From positions 646,194 to 710,193 of the forward strand of contig BCKZ01000009.1 of assembly GCA_001600815.1 (NCBI GenBank): a DNA stretch of 64,000 nt, written 5' to 3'. Under the pieces are notes generated by a model. It searched no databases. It worked only from the letters and a program-made list of their open reading frames with translations, and was not told the DNA's origin. A program made the translations under genes and the position numbers. This DNA is from Alloascoidea hylecoeti. Lineage: Eukaryota. Shown one piece after another: positions 11,747 to 23,572 of this stretch (its first letter is position 1; every line of letters starts with the position of its first letter).

Positions 11747-12392
11747 TGTAACTGGCGGAATCAGATACAGACGACGATCAAGATCTTAAACAGGAAAAAT
11801 GTATTAAAGCTAACCTCCTTCTCCTTAAAAGTGGGATTAATCTTATCTTTATATAGCTAAATCCCAAAGGCTATTAATATAGAAAGTCCTAGAAGTAATG
11901 AAATAATAAGGTATTAAAAGTGCGTTAAGAATGAAATACAAATGTATATATCTTGAGTTGAGCTAGTTCAAGACTGTGAAATGTGTTTTGGAATAGAATC
12001 CATAAGAAGTACATGATCATGGCTATAGGACTCCTTTACAGTTTGTGGTAAGGAACTAGTTAGTCAGCTCTATTATACAGTAGAAGTAATTCTGGGAAAA
12101 TAAAAAAAATAAAAACAGAAATAAAAATAAAATAACATGGTGATAAGATAAAGAGAAAATAAAAGAGAAATAAAGAAGAAGCAGAGGTTTTATACTCTTA
12201 GAGTAATTTCCTCAATTTAATAGTTAGAAGATTTAAGTTATTTATATGTAAAGTTAAAAAATTATCTGCTTTATTTAAAAAAAAAAAGTGTGCATGAATG
12301 GTGAAGTGTTGAATAATAAATGCATATAAATAAGGCTATATGTCATGTATTTCTACTTCTTTAAGTATCACTAAGTTAATCTTTAATATACA
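11747..12392 (-). mobile_element. Possible solo LTR
   Basis: TGTA...TACA ends, about 650 bp, internal TATAAAA followed by a long pyrimidine tract on the minus strand, about 54 bp upstream of a tRNA gene. No matching target-site duplication was found. Confidence 0.35.
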
Positions 12393-12899
12393 ATTGTTTA
12401 ACCAAAGCCATAGGTCATGAAGGCCAGCCCTTGGAGTAGGGTTGGTTCCTTCATAGTTGTTAAATTTCTGATAAAAATAATTTCTTCTACGGTTGTTTAA
12501 GAGATGCGTCCCGGATTTATCCAGAAGGGCTGAGTCTCCGAACTGTTGTCTTCATCTGTGAATAGGATATTCTCCTAATTGACTTGTAAAGTTAAAAAGA
12601 AGCAAAGGAGTCCGAATATTTGTTTCTCTACTTCATAATATTCTTGTCCATATACCCGTATAACAGTTTGCAAAAATGTTACAAAACTATCCATGCAATC
12701 TCTGAGTCAAAATGTATGAAAAATCTAAGATAACTCTAAAACAGACTATATGGGCGAAGAAATATCCAGACTTATAGAACGATGATCGGAAGAAATGGTG
12801 CACATGTGAAAATATCAAATGCTTAAGCCTTACAAGGAACTCCAGAGGAAACACAATATTAATATATTCATCTATTTAGCCTGTGATACGTAAAACGTA

Positions 12900-14150
12900 T
12901 GATTCATAAATCATGTTGTGGTGTGAGCGATCTTCTACGATTTAGCGTGTTGATCCAGGATTTCGACACAAATCTCTCTCTTTGTCTCCAGATAATTGTA
13001 TCTAATTACTAATCAGTGCCCTCTTAGAAGTCTGAATTCCACTTTGAATAGATTTTAGGGAATCTTCGAACACCCTGGTGGAAATTTAAATTTAAGTTAC
13101 AAAAGTCCTGTATCTATCTCCTTGAAGATATTTTTAGAAGTCCATAAACCAACATTAAATATTAATATGATATTTCATATATTTTCAATTTTTCCAACCA
13201 CGTTTCGCACAGTTAGATATAATTTCCAATTATAAAACTTCTAACTAAAAACTATTTAAGTGATCATGAGAAAATCACTCATAGAATGGAAAACCTCTAC
13301 TTCTTCTTTTTTAGATCTCAATTTCTCTTCTTCATACACACTCCATTTGTGGCCGTAATAGAAATAATGGTTTTGTGACCAAACATGTTCGTTGCAAAAG
13401 TTCCCCAAATTCCTTCAGAATAAATACAACAGAAGATTGGGACAATGATTTCAGAATCAAATTGATGACAAATTTTATGTGAAGTGAAATAGCAGCTGGG
13501 ATTAAGCAAATCTCATACCAGTAGATATTTTTTCATAGATTTTAGAAGTCTGAAGTCAGCTCACTAGATACTTCGTAAAGATGGAGGCATGCTTCACATA
13601 ATTCATCATTTCCACCATTTCATCAATGTTAAGAATAGGTATAATCTTGCAAGGCTCCCTCACACCTGAACTAACTCCAAACGATGGTCCATTAAAGTTA
13701 TCTGGTGGATTGAGTGCTTTGCATGGCTCTGACACATCTATGAAGTAAGCACTGATGGGGACTCAAATATATGCATCAGATGAGCAGCATTCTTATCAAA
13801 AATCGAATATTCTTCCACAACATTGTCCAATCACTTCTTATTTTGTTACCAGTCTCTTTAGTGAGTCATTTTTATGTAATGGATGTATTTTCTATCGGTT
13901 TAGCTGTGATTTTCACCACTGCATTTCTCCAAGACTTCTTCTAATTGAATGGTACCAGTGATGTTTTTTTGAAAAAGGGTTAATGCCTGGTTTCGACATT
14001 TATCGTATACTTGCAACAACTCAGCTTCCTAAGCTCTGACCAGGTGGACGTAAATTCTCTCTGCTAGAGAGCTTGAAGTTCTCTTCTTTGTTAATCATTG
14101 TCTCTAGATCTTGCTTGATGTTTGGGTATTTGCTCATTCCAAATTCTGTA
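12900..14150 (-). mobile_element. Degenerate L1-like non-LTR retrotransposon ORF2 3' fragment (zf-RVT-like)
   Basis: Minus-strand frames at about 13390-13620 give KWWK**IM*SMPPSLRSI, IYEKISTGMRF and LNPSC...KICHQFDSEIIVPIFCCIYSEGIW. These resemble the W-rich / LPTGDRL / C..C..E...HLF..C....IW layout of the LINE zinc-finger region. Many stops. Confidence 0.45.
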
Positions 14151-15347
14151 ATTGTTATTCTTATTCTGGTTCAGTAGAACGTTCTAGCAACTTTGCCACG
14201 ATAAAATCTGTGATGATATGCTAGAATAGGTAAGTATATATCATAATTGAAACTATTAGCTATCTTCTAAAGTTTATACCTATAACACAAGAAAGAAGGG
14301 TTTGAGTTTCTATAGTTGAATCTATGGTTATTATATAATTAAGAAAAGTAGACATTTCGCTTAATTTCAAACTAACTCTCTTTTGGAAAGTTTGGGTATT
14401 TCTATGAATCTTGTTTAGTCCTGTCGCGTCTCAGATAGTCTTATTCTTGTCCATTAATCTATGCCAGACATTTTGGGACAATTTCCAACTCTATTTTGGG
14501 TATTTATTTTGTGAAAATTTATGAATCTCAGTTAATCAGGCCGTATTTTAGACATTGTTATTTTTCTGGTCCATCAATCCATACAAATATTGGGCATTTT
14601 GTAACTTTAACTAAAATCCCAAATACCTGTAAATGATATTGGACCTTTACTCATATAGTGTTTTCTTGCGTTTGGATTTGAATATGCCATTTTTAAACAG
14701 TAATAATGACTCATGTCAGAGCACTGATAGCAATAAAACCCTTAAATTTAAGAGCAAATGAGCTTAAACACAAATATATATGTAAATTTAAATACAAACT
14801 TAACACTACAGATTTCAATCAGTTTATATCGCCAGTGAAAGCCGAAGTGTGAACAATCAGACAATTCTTTGTGTTCTTTTTTTTAAACATCTAGGTCTGT
14901 TATTTGAATTCGAAGTTATGCTGATATGCAACCTCCTCTACTGTCGCAAATAAAGTCTAAATTTTTTGACGACTACTTTTGAAATTAACAAATAGAAAAT
15001 ATAAACTGTTGAAAATATTAATCGATATACTGTATATAATTGCAAATATTTAAGTACCGAAAGAAAGTGTACCGCTTGATTTAAGAAAGACTGGAATATT
15101 GATAATAATTATATCCTTTCAATTACAACTTATAAAAATGATAGAAGTTTCTTGCATCATAGCTACGCTTCTTCAAAATCTGCATTCTGCACCAACAACC
15201 GACCCTCACACACCGATATCACAAACTTTACCAACTACAATGATTTACAAAGCAGTATAATTTTAAAATTCTTATTAAATAATATAAATAGTTTTTTAAA
15301 TAAAGATCAACATATAAAAACAATAATATAAAAATGTACAGCAATAT

Positions 15348-16190
15348 TTAGATTTCACCTACTAACTTCTTTAATCTTTTAACTTCATCCTCCAAATCAG
15401 AATTCTTACTCATTAAAGAATCAATCTTATCTTCCAACTGTTTCATCCTATCCATTTTTCTTGCTCTAGATCTACGAGCAGCTTCAGTATTTCTAGCTCG
15501 CTTTAGAGTAGCAGCATCTGCACCTTGAGGAACAACAATTTGACCTAACGGAGCAGTACGATGCTTTCTGTTGTAAGTAGTAATACCTAAATGATCCTTT
15601 TTAACAGTAATCTTTCTTTTAGTAGCTGGTAAAACAATTGTACCTGGGGCTGGAGAAGAAAAATTTGAATAGTCTGAAGTAGAAGGAGACGGCGACAACT
15701 CCGTTTCGGAAAAAGTTCTCTTTTTAGTGTTAAGCTCTTCAACAGTGGGCGAAGAAACAACATTGCTTGTTAATAACGAAGATGGACCAGACTTAGAAAG
15801 CTCGCTATTTTCAACTAAATCATCAAACAACGAACTCCAGTTTTTAGATTCATCTAATCCAACATCCCCAAACATGGGGGTTACATCAAAGTCAGAGTTC
15901 TCATCAAACGAAGTGGGAGGCATTAGCATTTCCAAAGGAGAAATTGTACACGTTGAAGGAGTAAATTCTGGGGCTTCTGTGATATCAGAAGTATTGAGCA
16001 AAAAATCTTTATCGGTAGAGAAATTAAGAGGCAAAGACTCTTCTTTGATAGACAAGAGATCATTCTCAGTGCTGAAAGCATCAAAAAGAGCTTCATCAAA
16101 GAGAAAAGATCCCTTGTTATCAGTATTAATTTGTGCGTTAGTAGTAGCGGCGGCAGTAGACATATTTAATAATTTAATGGCAGTATTCAT
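15348..16190 (-). CDS. GCN4: General amino-acid control bZIP transcription activator
   Basis: C-terminal DAATLKRARNTEAARRSRARKMDRMKQLEDK bZIP, TPMF...WSSLF activation motifs, DHLGITTYNRKHR. A second in-frame ATG lies at 16163. Confidence 0.95.
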   Translation of the reverse strand: MNTAIKLLNMSTAAATTNAQINTDNKGSFLFDEALFDAFSTENDLLSIKEESLPLNFSTDKDFLLNTSDITEAPEFTPSTCTISPLEMLMPPTSFDENSDFDVTPMFGDVGLDESKNWSSLFDDLVENSELSKSGPSSLLTSNVVSSPTVEELNTKKRTFSETELSPSPSTSDYSNFSSPAPGTIVLPATKRKITVKKDHLGITTYNRKHRTAPLGQIVVPQGADAATLKRARNTEAARRSRARKMDRMKQLEDKIDSLMSKNSDLEDEVKRLKKLVGEI

Positions 16191-16232
16191 AAATTTTTAG
16201 TAAAAAACTTGTTGGGTAATAATTAATAAAAC

Positions 16233-16442
16233 TCAATTAAGGTAACAGTGGGCGTGGGAAAACATTATAGGGACAGCATATTAACAACTTTTTGAATTGG
16301 TTATTCTTTCAAAAGAAAAGAACTTTAATTTTTTTATATCATATTCGCATTTTTAATAATAAATAAATTTTAATTTATTTTAACTCCTTTTTTTTAAAAG
16401 AAATAGTATGGTTTTTCTGGGGTAGGTGATTTAGTTAGACAT
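16233..16442 (-). promoter_or_regulatory. GCN4 leader with five uORFs
   Basis: uORFs: 16442-16431 MSN*, 16350-16339 MRI*, 16342-16334 MI*, 16279-16265 MLSL*, 16265-16233 MFSHAHCYLN*. A TATAAAA lies at about 16566-16560. Confidence 0.85.
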
Positions 16443-16820
16443 CTTGAATATCTTAAGAGAGGGAAAGCACGTGTTCTGGGGGTAAAAAAAGTTCTTGAAT
16501 ATGAGTATGAATATGGGAGAGAAAAAGAAGAAAGGAACTGGCAGAGGCGAGTGAGGGGCTTTTATAAAATGAAAAAGTGACCGGTGTGCTGAAAATTACA
16601 CATTGTGGCTCAGTTTTGGGGCGTTGCCCCGGATACAAGTGATCTACAAACAGATTTGAAGCAGCTGATTGGGTGAAATTAATAATTATTATCTAAGTTA
16701 TGCTTTTTAGTTTCAATTATCAAAATGGCAGTTGCCGAAATGAGAGCGACCAGCAATAAATAAACGGTGGAACTGAAAAATTAGCAAATGTTGAAACAAA
16801 ATATAAAAGAATAGAAAAAC

Positions 16821-17838
16821 TCACCTCAATTTGGCAGTTAAGAAAGATTTTATAACAGTCCATCCAGATTTGAGTCTGTTTCGTCGAGACCGAGTGCGAG
16901 GCCGTTTTTGAAATCGACCCCGAGAGGGCCGTAACTGCAGTATCTTTTCTCGTTCTTTTAGAACCACAATTTGTTTCCGTTCCTTGTTTCTCTCAACATC
17001 CTTTAATAATGTTAGCCGATTTAATGTGATTGCAGTTGTAATGATTATAAGCAATGAACATACCTTTTGTTTTAATGAGCCTATGAGATATGGTTCCATC
17101 ATATAAATAGCCATTTGGGAATGCCCAACATCATTAAACGCTTCCGTAGCGTCAACCCCTCCACAGTCTAACAGAACCTGGTTCCCTCCCCTATAAACAA
17201 TTATTCAATGTTAGAACAGTCTGAGCCCATCAATCTATACTATTATATACATACGGATGGTGGTTAAGGAATTTGGTGAAATCATAAACCTTATCGAACA
17301 TTATAAGCCACAGGTCATTAATATTATCATGCTTCTGTATTTCTTCTAGAGTGAAACTCGGTAGAATAGTCTTATTGGGCCGCAACCCCGTTTGCCGTAA
17401 TTCCATGTTAACGTTGATCCATGGTAACCGTTGTGAAATAAAATTGAAAAATTGGACCAATATGGAAAACATCCATAAATTGATTATACAATCACAAAGC
17501 CATAATGCCCAATCTTTAAGAACAAAGGGTTGTTGAAATTTCCTTCGCTCTTGTCTTCGCTGTCGTACTCGTTTAGGCTTGCATGATTGACTTCTAAAAG
17601 ATATGCGTGTCGATGAATTAAACGATTGGATGTTATTTCGCGGCCGAGGATGATTTGTATGATTGAATATACTACCATTATTGTTATTGTCAACGTTGTC
17701 GCTAAATATAGTTGATATTAAGGAACCCGATCTACTATTATTATGTATTTGACTTGTACTATGTATCCTGTTTTGATTTTGTGATTTGAAATCCGAAGAA
17801 GAAACACTTTGTACCATTATTATTTTTGATATACTCAT
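16821..17838 (-). CDS. Cytochrome b5-like heme-binding domain protein, 1 intron (17191-17254)
   Basis: Splicing GTATGT...TTCTAAC...TAG joins [34 protein letters not shown] to [24 protein letters not shown], restoring HPGG and both heme-ligand histidines. The start codon is uncertain. Confidence 0.85.
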
Positions 17839-20201
17839 ACTCGTTCCCACAGGTTTCTAATTAATCATGAATGATATTATTGAGGTGAGGTGGTTTGTTG
17901 GAGTTTATAAATCTAAATGTTGTGAAATGGGTAAAAAAAGATGTGGATATCTGTTGTATAAATTAAGCTTGAACTTCTAATGTTTAATGTTTTGCTGCAG
18001 CACCTGTATAATTATCTGAACTATTATTGTTCTTTATTCTTTCGAAATGGTATAATTTCCAGAAAATTTATAATTATGGTAAATATTATGATATATATAT
18101 CAGAAAATAGATGGGGTTCACATGGTTCATTTTTTTTAACTAGGAGAAAGTTTTTCATATATTATAATAATATTAAGTATTGCAACTTTTTCCCCCCTGT
18201 TGTATTCGGAATTTTAAACCCTTTAAAAATGTAAATCCGAGAGTTACTTAAGTCGGTATATATAAATTTCACTTGCGAATTATCCCGCAGAACAAGAATT
18301 TTAAAGCACTCATCGCAGATAGAATACACACAAATTAAAATAGTAATTTCAATAATTTTCAAAATATGTATTATAAATTTTATAATTGTGGTGGTAAAAC
18401 TGATCCGCCAATCGCTAGCCTATAGCTATACTCAGATGGTCCGAAAAATGTCCGAGAGTGCTCAAGCGCTGGACCAATGAAATAACTCACCAGACAACCT
18501 TTTCCGTCGGTTACAAATTGGCCAGCAATAAGCACAACACAAGTTGCGCAACCACAAACATATAAATTTATACAGATGATCTAGAAAGTTCACTCTTATA
18601 TAATTTATGATCTAGATGTTGATTATATGTATGAGTTAACTGCCCCGTGGCGAGCTACAGGCCCTTATTACGAGTTTACGATTATGCTGTGGATTTTCAA
18701 ATTGTATGTTTAATCTGAATCTCAAGCCCTGAGGACTCTTTTTAAATATTTTTATAGCTGTATATTTGATTATTATATGCTAAACTTTTATCATTGACCT
18801 TGAAAGATTCATAATACTTTTGTAGTAATCTCATACCCCTATAGCTAGGTTTACGCTTGCAATTGCATACCTCTTATAATTATGAGTTACAATAATAATA
18901 ATTAATACCGGTATCTATCCATATTATTTAAGCAGATCGACTCTTTCATTTAATAATTATCAAATATCTAAATATTTTTATTATCAAGTTTAAAGCGAAT
19001 TTTGATAATTTCGATAATAAATGTCAGTAGTATCTGTAAAGTTTGTAACATTTGAAACTATATAATAATTCTTAATTTTAATTACGTGTAATATTATGGC
19101 TGATAAATTGTGATAAGTTGATAATCATTAGCTCAAGTCTCACGATAACAATTATTCTAATTTTAATTAAGTAAGAGTTCAACCTAGTGAACTGTTGATA
19201 ATATTAACGACTTATCCATAATTATAAAGACACTTTATCAGCTGGCAGAGCCTGACGCTAAAATATGAGGTTATACCCCACAGCCTATTTATACAACAAT
19301 GCTCGGTAACAACTCCCAAGCTCTAATTATATTTCATTTAAAGTAATATCAAATTATACATAGGTTAAACATATACGTAGTAATAGTAAGATTGTGCTGT
19401 AGATATACTAACATTAAATTTATTCGCCGAGTCTCTTCATATTTTATCAATATCCACTACATTACTAATATAATATTAATTATTAATAAGGACAGTATCA
19501 TTACATAATATAAACACATTATGCAAGTTATGTCTTAAATATAATTCTACGCTTCATGAAATATAATTTTTTAATTCGTTAAAATTGGTTATTAAAACCC
19601 GCATGATTTGAGTTTTAATAGCCAGTTGGTGGGTTTCTTTTTCTATGATATAAATGAAAACTTAACACAAATAGAATATAAAAATAAGCATTTAAATTTT
19701 TTTAAATCTAAAACAAATAAATGACAATGAGAGTCATTGAGATTACATAATTAAAAAAGTCATCCTCGAGCTCCAAATTTCCGCAATTCCAATGATATCT
19801 GTTTCTTCCAATCACACGGCTTATAAATATAACTCCGGAATATGCAGTTATGCAAAATATACCAACAAGTAAACGATGTAAAATAGGTACTGGGTTTCAG
19901 TGGGCTACTACTACTAGCGTTGTATAGATAACGTAAGTTACGTAACACGTAACATTGATGTTTTTAAATTTCGATTTACAAGGAAATTAAAGATCTTTAG
20001 ATTCGATATAATGTTGTAAATTGCCATGGTTTTATCGGATATTATACTAAGTCCTTACAAGATCTAAGAATCTAGATAAAAGATGCTTAATAGCTAGATC
20101 TACTTATGCATCTGAACATATCAATAGTATTAATATCTCTATAATTATTATATAGTAATTATATACAAAATATTCAATCATTCTATAAACAATTATATCA
20201 T

Positions 20202-21267
20202 TTAATGACCGCTAGTAGGTAATCCAACATAAACCTTAAAGGAATCATATAATAACCATTGAAGGCCTGTTAAAGTACCAATCATAACAATACGAACGGG
20301 TAAACCGTTCCACAAACCACCAAAACCAATTTGTTTATAAATACGACCAACTGCTTGACCAGTCGATTCAGTTGCCTTCTTATCAGCATTAACTTTAGAA
20401 ACCATAACATCAGCAGGATGAGAAACAATAGCACATAAAATACCAGCAAGGTAACCAGCTAAGAAAGAAACACCAGTTTGAGAAAGTAAAGAATATTCAC
20501 TCTTCTTTTTAGGTAAAATGTTATAAATTGCTTCAACAGTACGTTCAAAACTTGCAAATTTAACCATTGTATATGGAATTTGTCTACACCATAATGGAGC
20601 TAAACCTTTATATAAACCAGCAATACCTTCCTTCGCAGTAATTTTTTTCCAACCATCAACAACATTAGTAGCATATGGAGGTAAAGTAGTTTGAGTCTTA
20701 ACTTTAATTGCTTCCCATGGACATAAAAACATATCAGCAATAAATTCAGCAGAAGCAGAAGCACTTAAATAAAGAGTTGTTTTATATTTATCAGCAACAT
20801 CTTTTCCAACAATTTGTGCATATTGATATTTAAAAAATTCATAACAACCATATTTACCAGCACCTTGCAATGAATAACCAATAAAAGTTGCACCAATACC
20901 AGTGAAAATTCCACCAAAACCTTCTTTTGCAACAATTGATTTCCAGCCTTGAATATTACTTGAATATAAGCTAGAATTGACTTGACGTCTGCATTTGACA
21001 AGATCCAGGGGAGTTACAGCAGAATGTGTTGGACCACATGCTAAATAATAGTTAATATATAAAAAGTGACCAATTACCGATTGGAGGTTAGGAGAACGTA
21101 CCAATAATTCCACCAATTGTACAAGCGGTGAAGTAGTCCCTTGTGTAAAGCTCAATTTTCTTTGTGTGAGCAGGGGCCTCTAAGGCTGAACTCAGAGGAT
21201 AAGAAAAAGCTGGGATAGTTTTATTGAAAGAAGCAGCGACAGCGTCTTGTGGTGGGAACAATGGCAT
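20202..21267 (-). CDS. PIC2: Mitochondrial phosphate/copper carrier, 1 intron (21041-21101)
   Basis: The spliced product reads [37 protein letters not shown] and has three carrier repeats. The N-terminus resembles Pic2 more than Mir1. Confidence 0.88.
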
Positions 21268-21433
21268 TTTGGCAAGATGGTAGAAAAGAAAAGAACAAGG
21301 GGCAGAAAAGTGAGTATTTAAACGAATTAAATCAACCCAAATCGGGAAGAGCGGGAATAAAAGATAAATGAAACTGATGTATTATAATTATTAATGGTGG
21401 TATCGTGATTTTTTGTTTTTTCTATAGATCTTG

Positions 21434-21919
21434 TTATTTTGATAGCAAATCATATAAAAATTGAACAATAAACTTTTGATCTTCTTCAAGTTGTTTCGAT
21501 TGCAATTGATTTATAAGTTCTTCTTGTAGACAGAAAAATGGAACACGTAAAACACACAACTTGGCCTTCATGGCCAGATACATTTCTAATTCAGCAGTAT
21601 AAACCGCATCATCGTATCCGTCCATAACAGAGGCATCTAATAAAGTTCTCTTATCCCTCCACTGATGCTCTAGTGATGTTTGTTGTTTTATCATATGAGA
21701 GATGGATTTCATCGTGGATTCGTTTCGCGAGAGTACAAATACAATATATTGAATTGCATGCTTACGGTCAACTATTGTAGATGGATTTTTTTCTTCGCCG
21801 TTGTCATGATTATTATCATGATTGTTTGTATGAACAGTTTCGGAATGTGTTGACTGTGTTGACGGTGATCGAGTTTTGCCAATTAAGGCTTTGATTTGTG
21901 CTTTCTTGTCCAGAGCCAT
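21434..21919 (-). CDS. DUF2458-like fungal protein
   Basis: QQTSLEHQW...YDDAVYTAELEMYLAMKAKLCVLRVPFF...LEEDQKFIVQFLYDL resembles the DUF2458 pattern (from recall). Confidence 0.65.
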   Translation of the reverse strand: MALDKKAQIKALIGKTRSPSTQSTHSETVHTNNHDNNHDNGEEKNPSTIVDRKHAIQYIVFVLSRNESTMKSISHMIKQQTSLEHQWRDKRTLLDASVMDGYDDAVYTAELEMYLAMKAKLCVLRVPFFCLQEELINQLQSKQLEEDQKFIVQFLYDLLSK

Positions 21920-22441
21920 TCTTATACCAACTTATAATTTGGTGAGTTAACAGTTAACAGCTCAACACCCGTCAATTATAATTAGAAAGTAATGTCTCCT
22001 TCAAAGTTCGAATGAGTGTATGGATGTACCAGATCTGAAATATATCTAGTATTTATCATATATCTTTAAAATATAAGCTACTTTAATAATAACAAATAAA
22101 ATTTCGATAAACTAATATTAATTAGAATAAACATAAAACAAATAGTAATAGTAATAATAATAAATAGAACAATATGAAAAATAATAGTGGAGGGGGAAAA
22201 AAGAATGAAGAAATTGAAAAAAAAAAGAGAATGAGATCAAATCAAACAAACAAAAGAAAAAAATAGTTTAGACTTTATTAAAACAAAACAACAAAAATAT
22301 ATATATCCATATTCATATTCATCGTATTCTTCATTTATATATGTTCACCTAATTATGTATTATTATTACTAATGTTTTTCTTTTGTACTATTCACTTGAA
22401 AGGAGAGATGAGAGAGAGAGATAATCAATTGATAAATTCGT

Positions 22442-23572
22442 TTATGAAAAAGTTGAATTACTAATGGTTTGATGTTCTTGTTCATTTCCAATTCCATTAT
22501 CATTTTCATTTTGTTGTTGTTGATCACTTAATTGATATTTCTTTTGTTCTCTTTTCCAAAATCTTAATAATAAATCAGCATATCTTTGTAATTCTTCTTT
22601 TTGAATCATTAATCTAAAATCACATAATAATAAAAATTGAACTTCTAATAGATTAAGTTCTTCTAATGGTAAACCACCAACTTTTGCATATCTTGAATTT
22701 TTATAAAAAACATCAGAGAAAAATTTTGATGAGATTGTTAAACCAGATATAATTAATCGATGAATATTATAAGAATCCATTATAAATAATTGTTCATTAC
22801 TATTATTTTTATTATCTTCTGTTTCGGAAGATGTGGGTTGGTCAGTTGTGTTTGCTCTTTTCGCTATACGGTCAAAATAAACCAGTAAACTTAAAAAGAC
22901 TTCATTTGTTAGAGGACAATATTTTAGAATTCTCAATAGATAAGCATGAAGAGAAATAGCAGGAATGTTTCTCCCATGGAAGACATTTACATCAGGTATC
23001 ATATAATTGGAGGGGGAGGGAGAAGGGTGTTGGGATGTAGGGTGAGGATGGGAGGAGGACAAGGAGTCGTTGGCTTGGACTATCTTGGACAGGAGGGCCG
23101 CGAGCATTTGGAGCAGGTGGGGGGTTGGGTGATTTGCTATGTCCAGGTGGTCTGAGCTCGGGGTCTGGAGGGAAGACGTGAGGTTTGACTGGCGGACGGT
23201 GGCCGAGGGGGACGTGGGTTGAACATGGAATTGGGTCTGGGTCTGTGGTTGCTGCTGCGGTTGCTGCTGCTGCTGCTGCTGCTGCTGTGGCTGGGGGACG
23301 GAGTGGGGGACGGAGTGAGATATGGACTGCCGGGAGTAGCAGTTGGACACGGCCGAAGGGGTGTTGTGGAACGGTGTGTAGCTGTTGGTGCGCTGTGAGT
23401 TGAAGGACCCAAACGACCCGAAGGATCCAAAGGCCTGGCTCTGCGGTGGACGGGCGCTGGGCGAGCAGGTCACCGAACCCACCGCTGAGCCCGCGACAGA
23501 CCCCATTGCCGAATTGGGGGAGTGGCCCGGGCTGATGTCTCGCGGGGAGCGTCGGATTGGAATTGGGCGCAT
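22442..23572 (-). CDS. PCL7: Pho85 cyclin, PCL6/PCL7 type
   Basis: Cyclin box FHGRNIPAISLHAYLLRILKYCP...MDSYNIHRLIISGLTISSKFFSDVFYKNSRYAKVGGLPLEELN; N-terminal CAG poly-Q tract. Confidence 0.88.
   Translation of the reverse strand: MRPIPIRRSPRDISPGHSPNSAMGSVAGSAVGSVTCSPSARPPQSQAFGSFGSFGSFNSQRTNSYTPFHNTPSAVSNCYSRQSISHSVPHSVPQPQQQQQQQQQPQQQPQTQTQFHVQPTSPSATVRQSNLTSSLQTPSSDHLDIANHPTPHLLQMLAALLSKIVQANDSLSSSHPHPTSQHPSPSPSNYMIPDVNVFHGRNIPAISLHAYLLRILKYCPLTNEVFLSLLVYFDRIAKRANTTDQPTSSETEDNKNNSNEQLFIMDSYNIHRLIISGLTISSKFFSDVFYKNSRYAKVGGLPLEELNLLEVQFLLLCDFRLMIQKEELQRYADLLLRFWKREQKKYQLSDQQQQNENDNGIGNEQEHQTISNSTFS

Noticed and set aside
15727..16200. 157-aa ORF antisense to GCN4 (and similar antisense ORFs within GEA, MIP6 and KRS1)
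   Set aside because: Mirror frames of real genes with no independent evidence.
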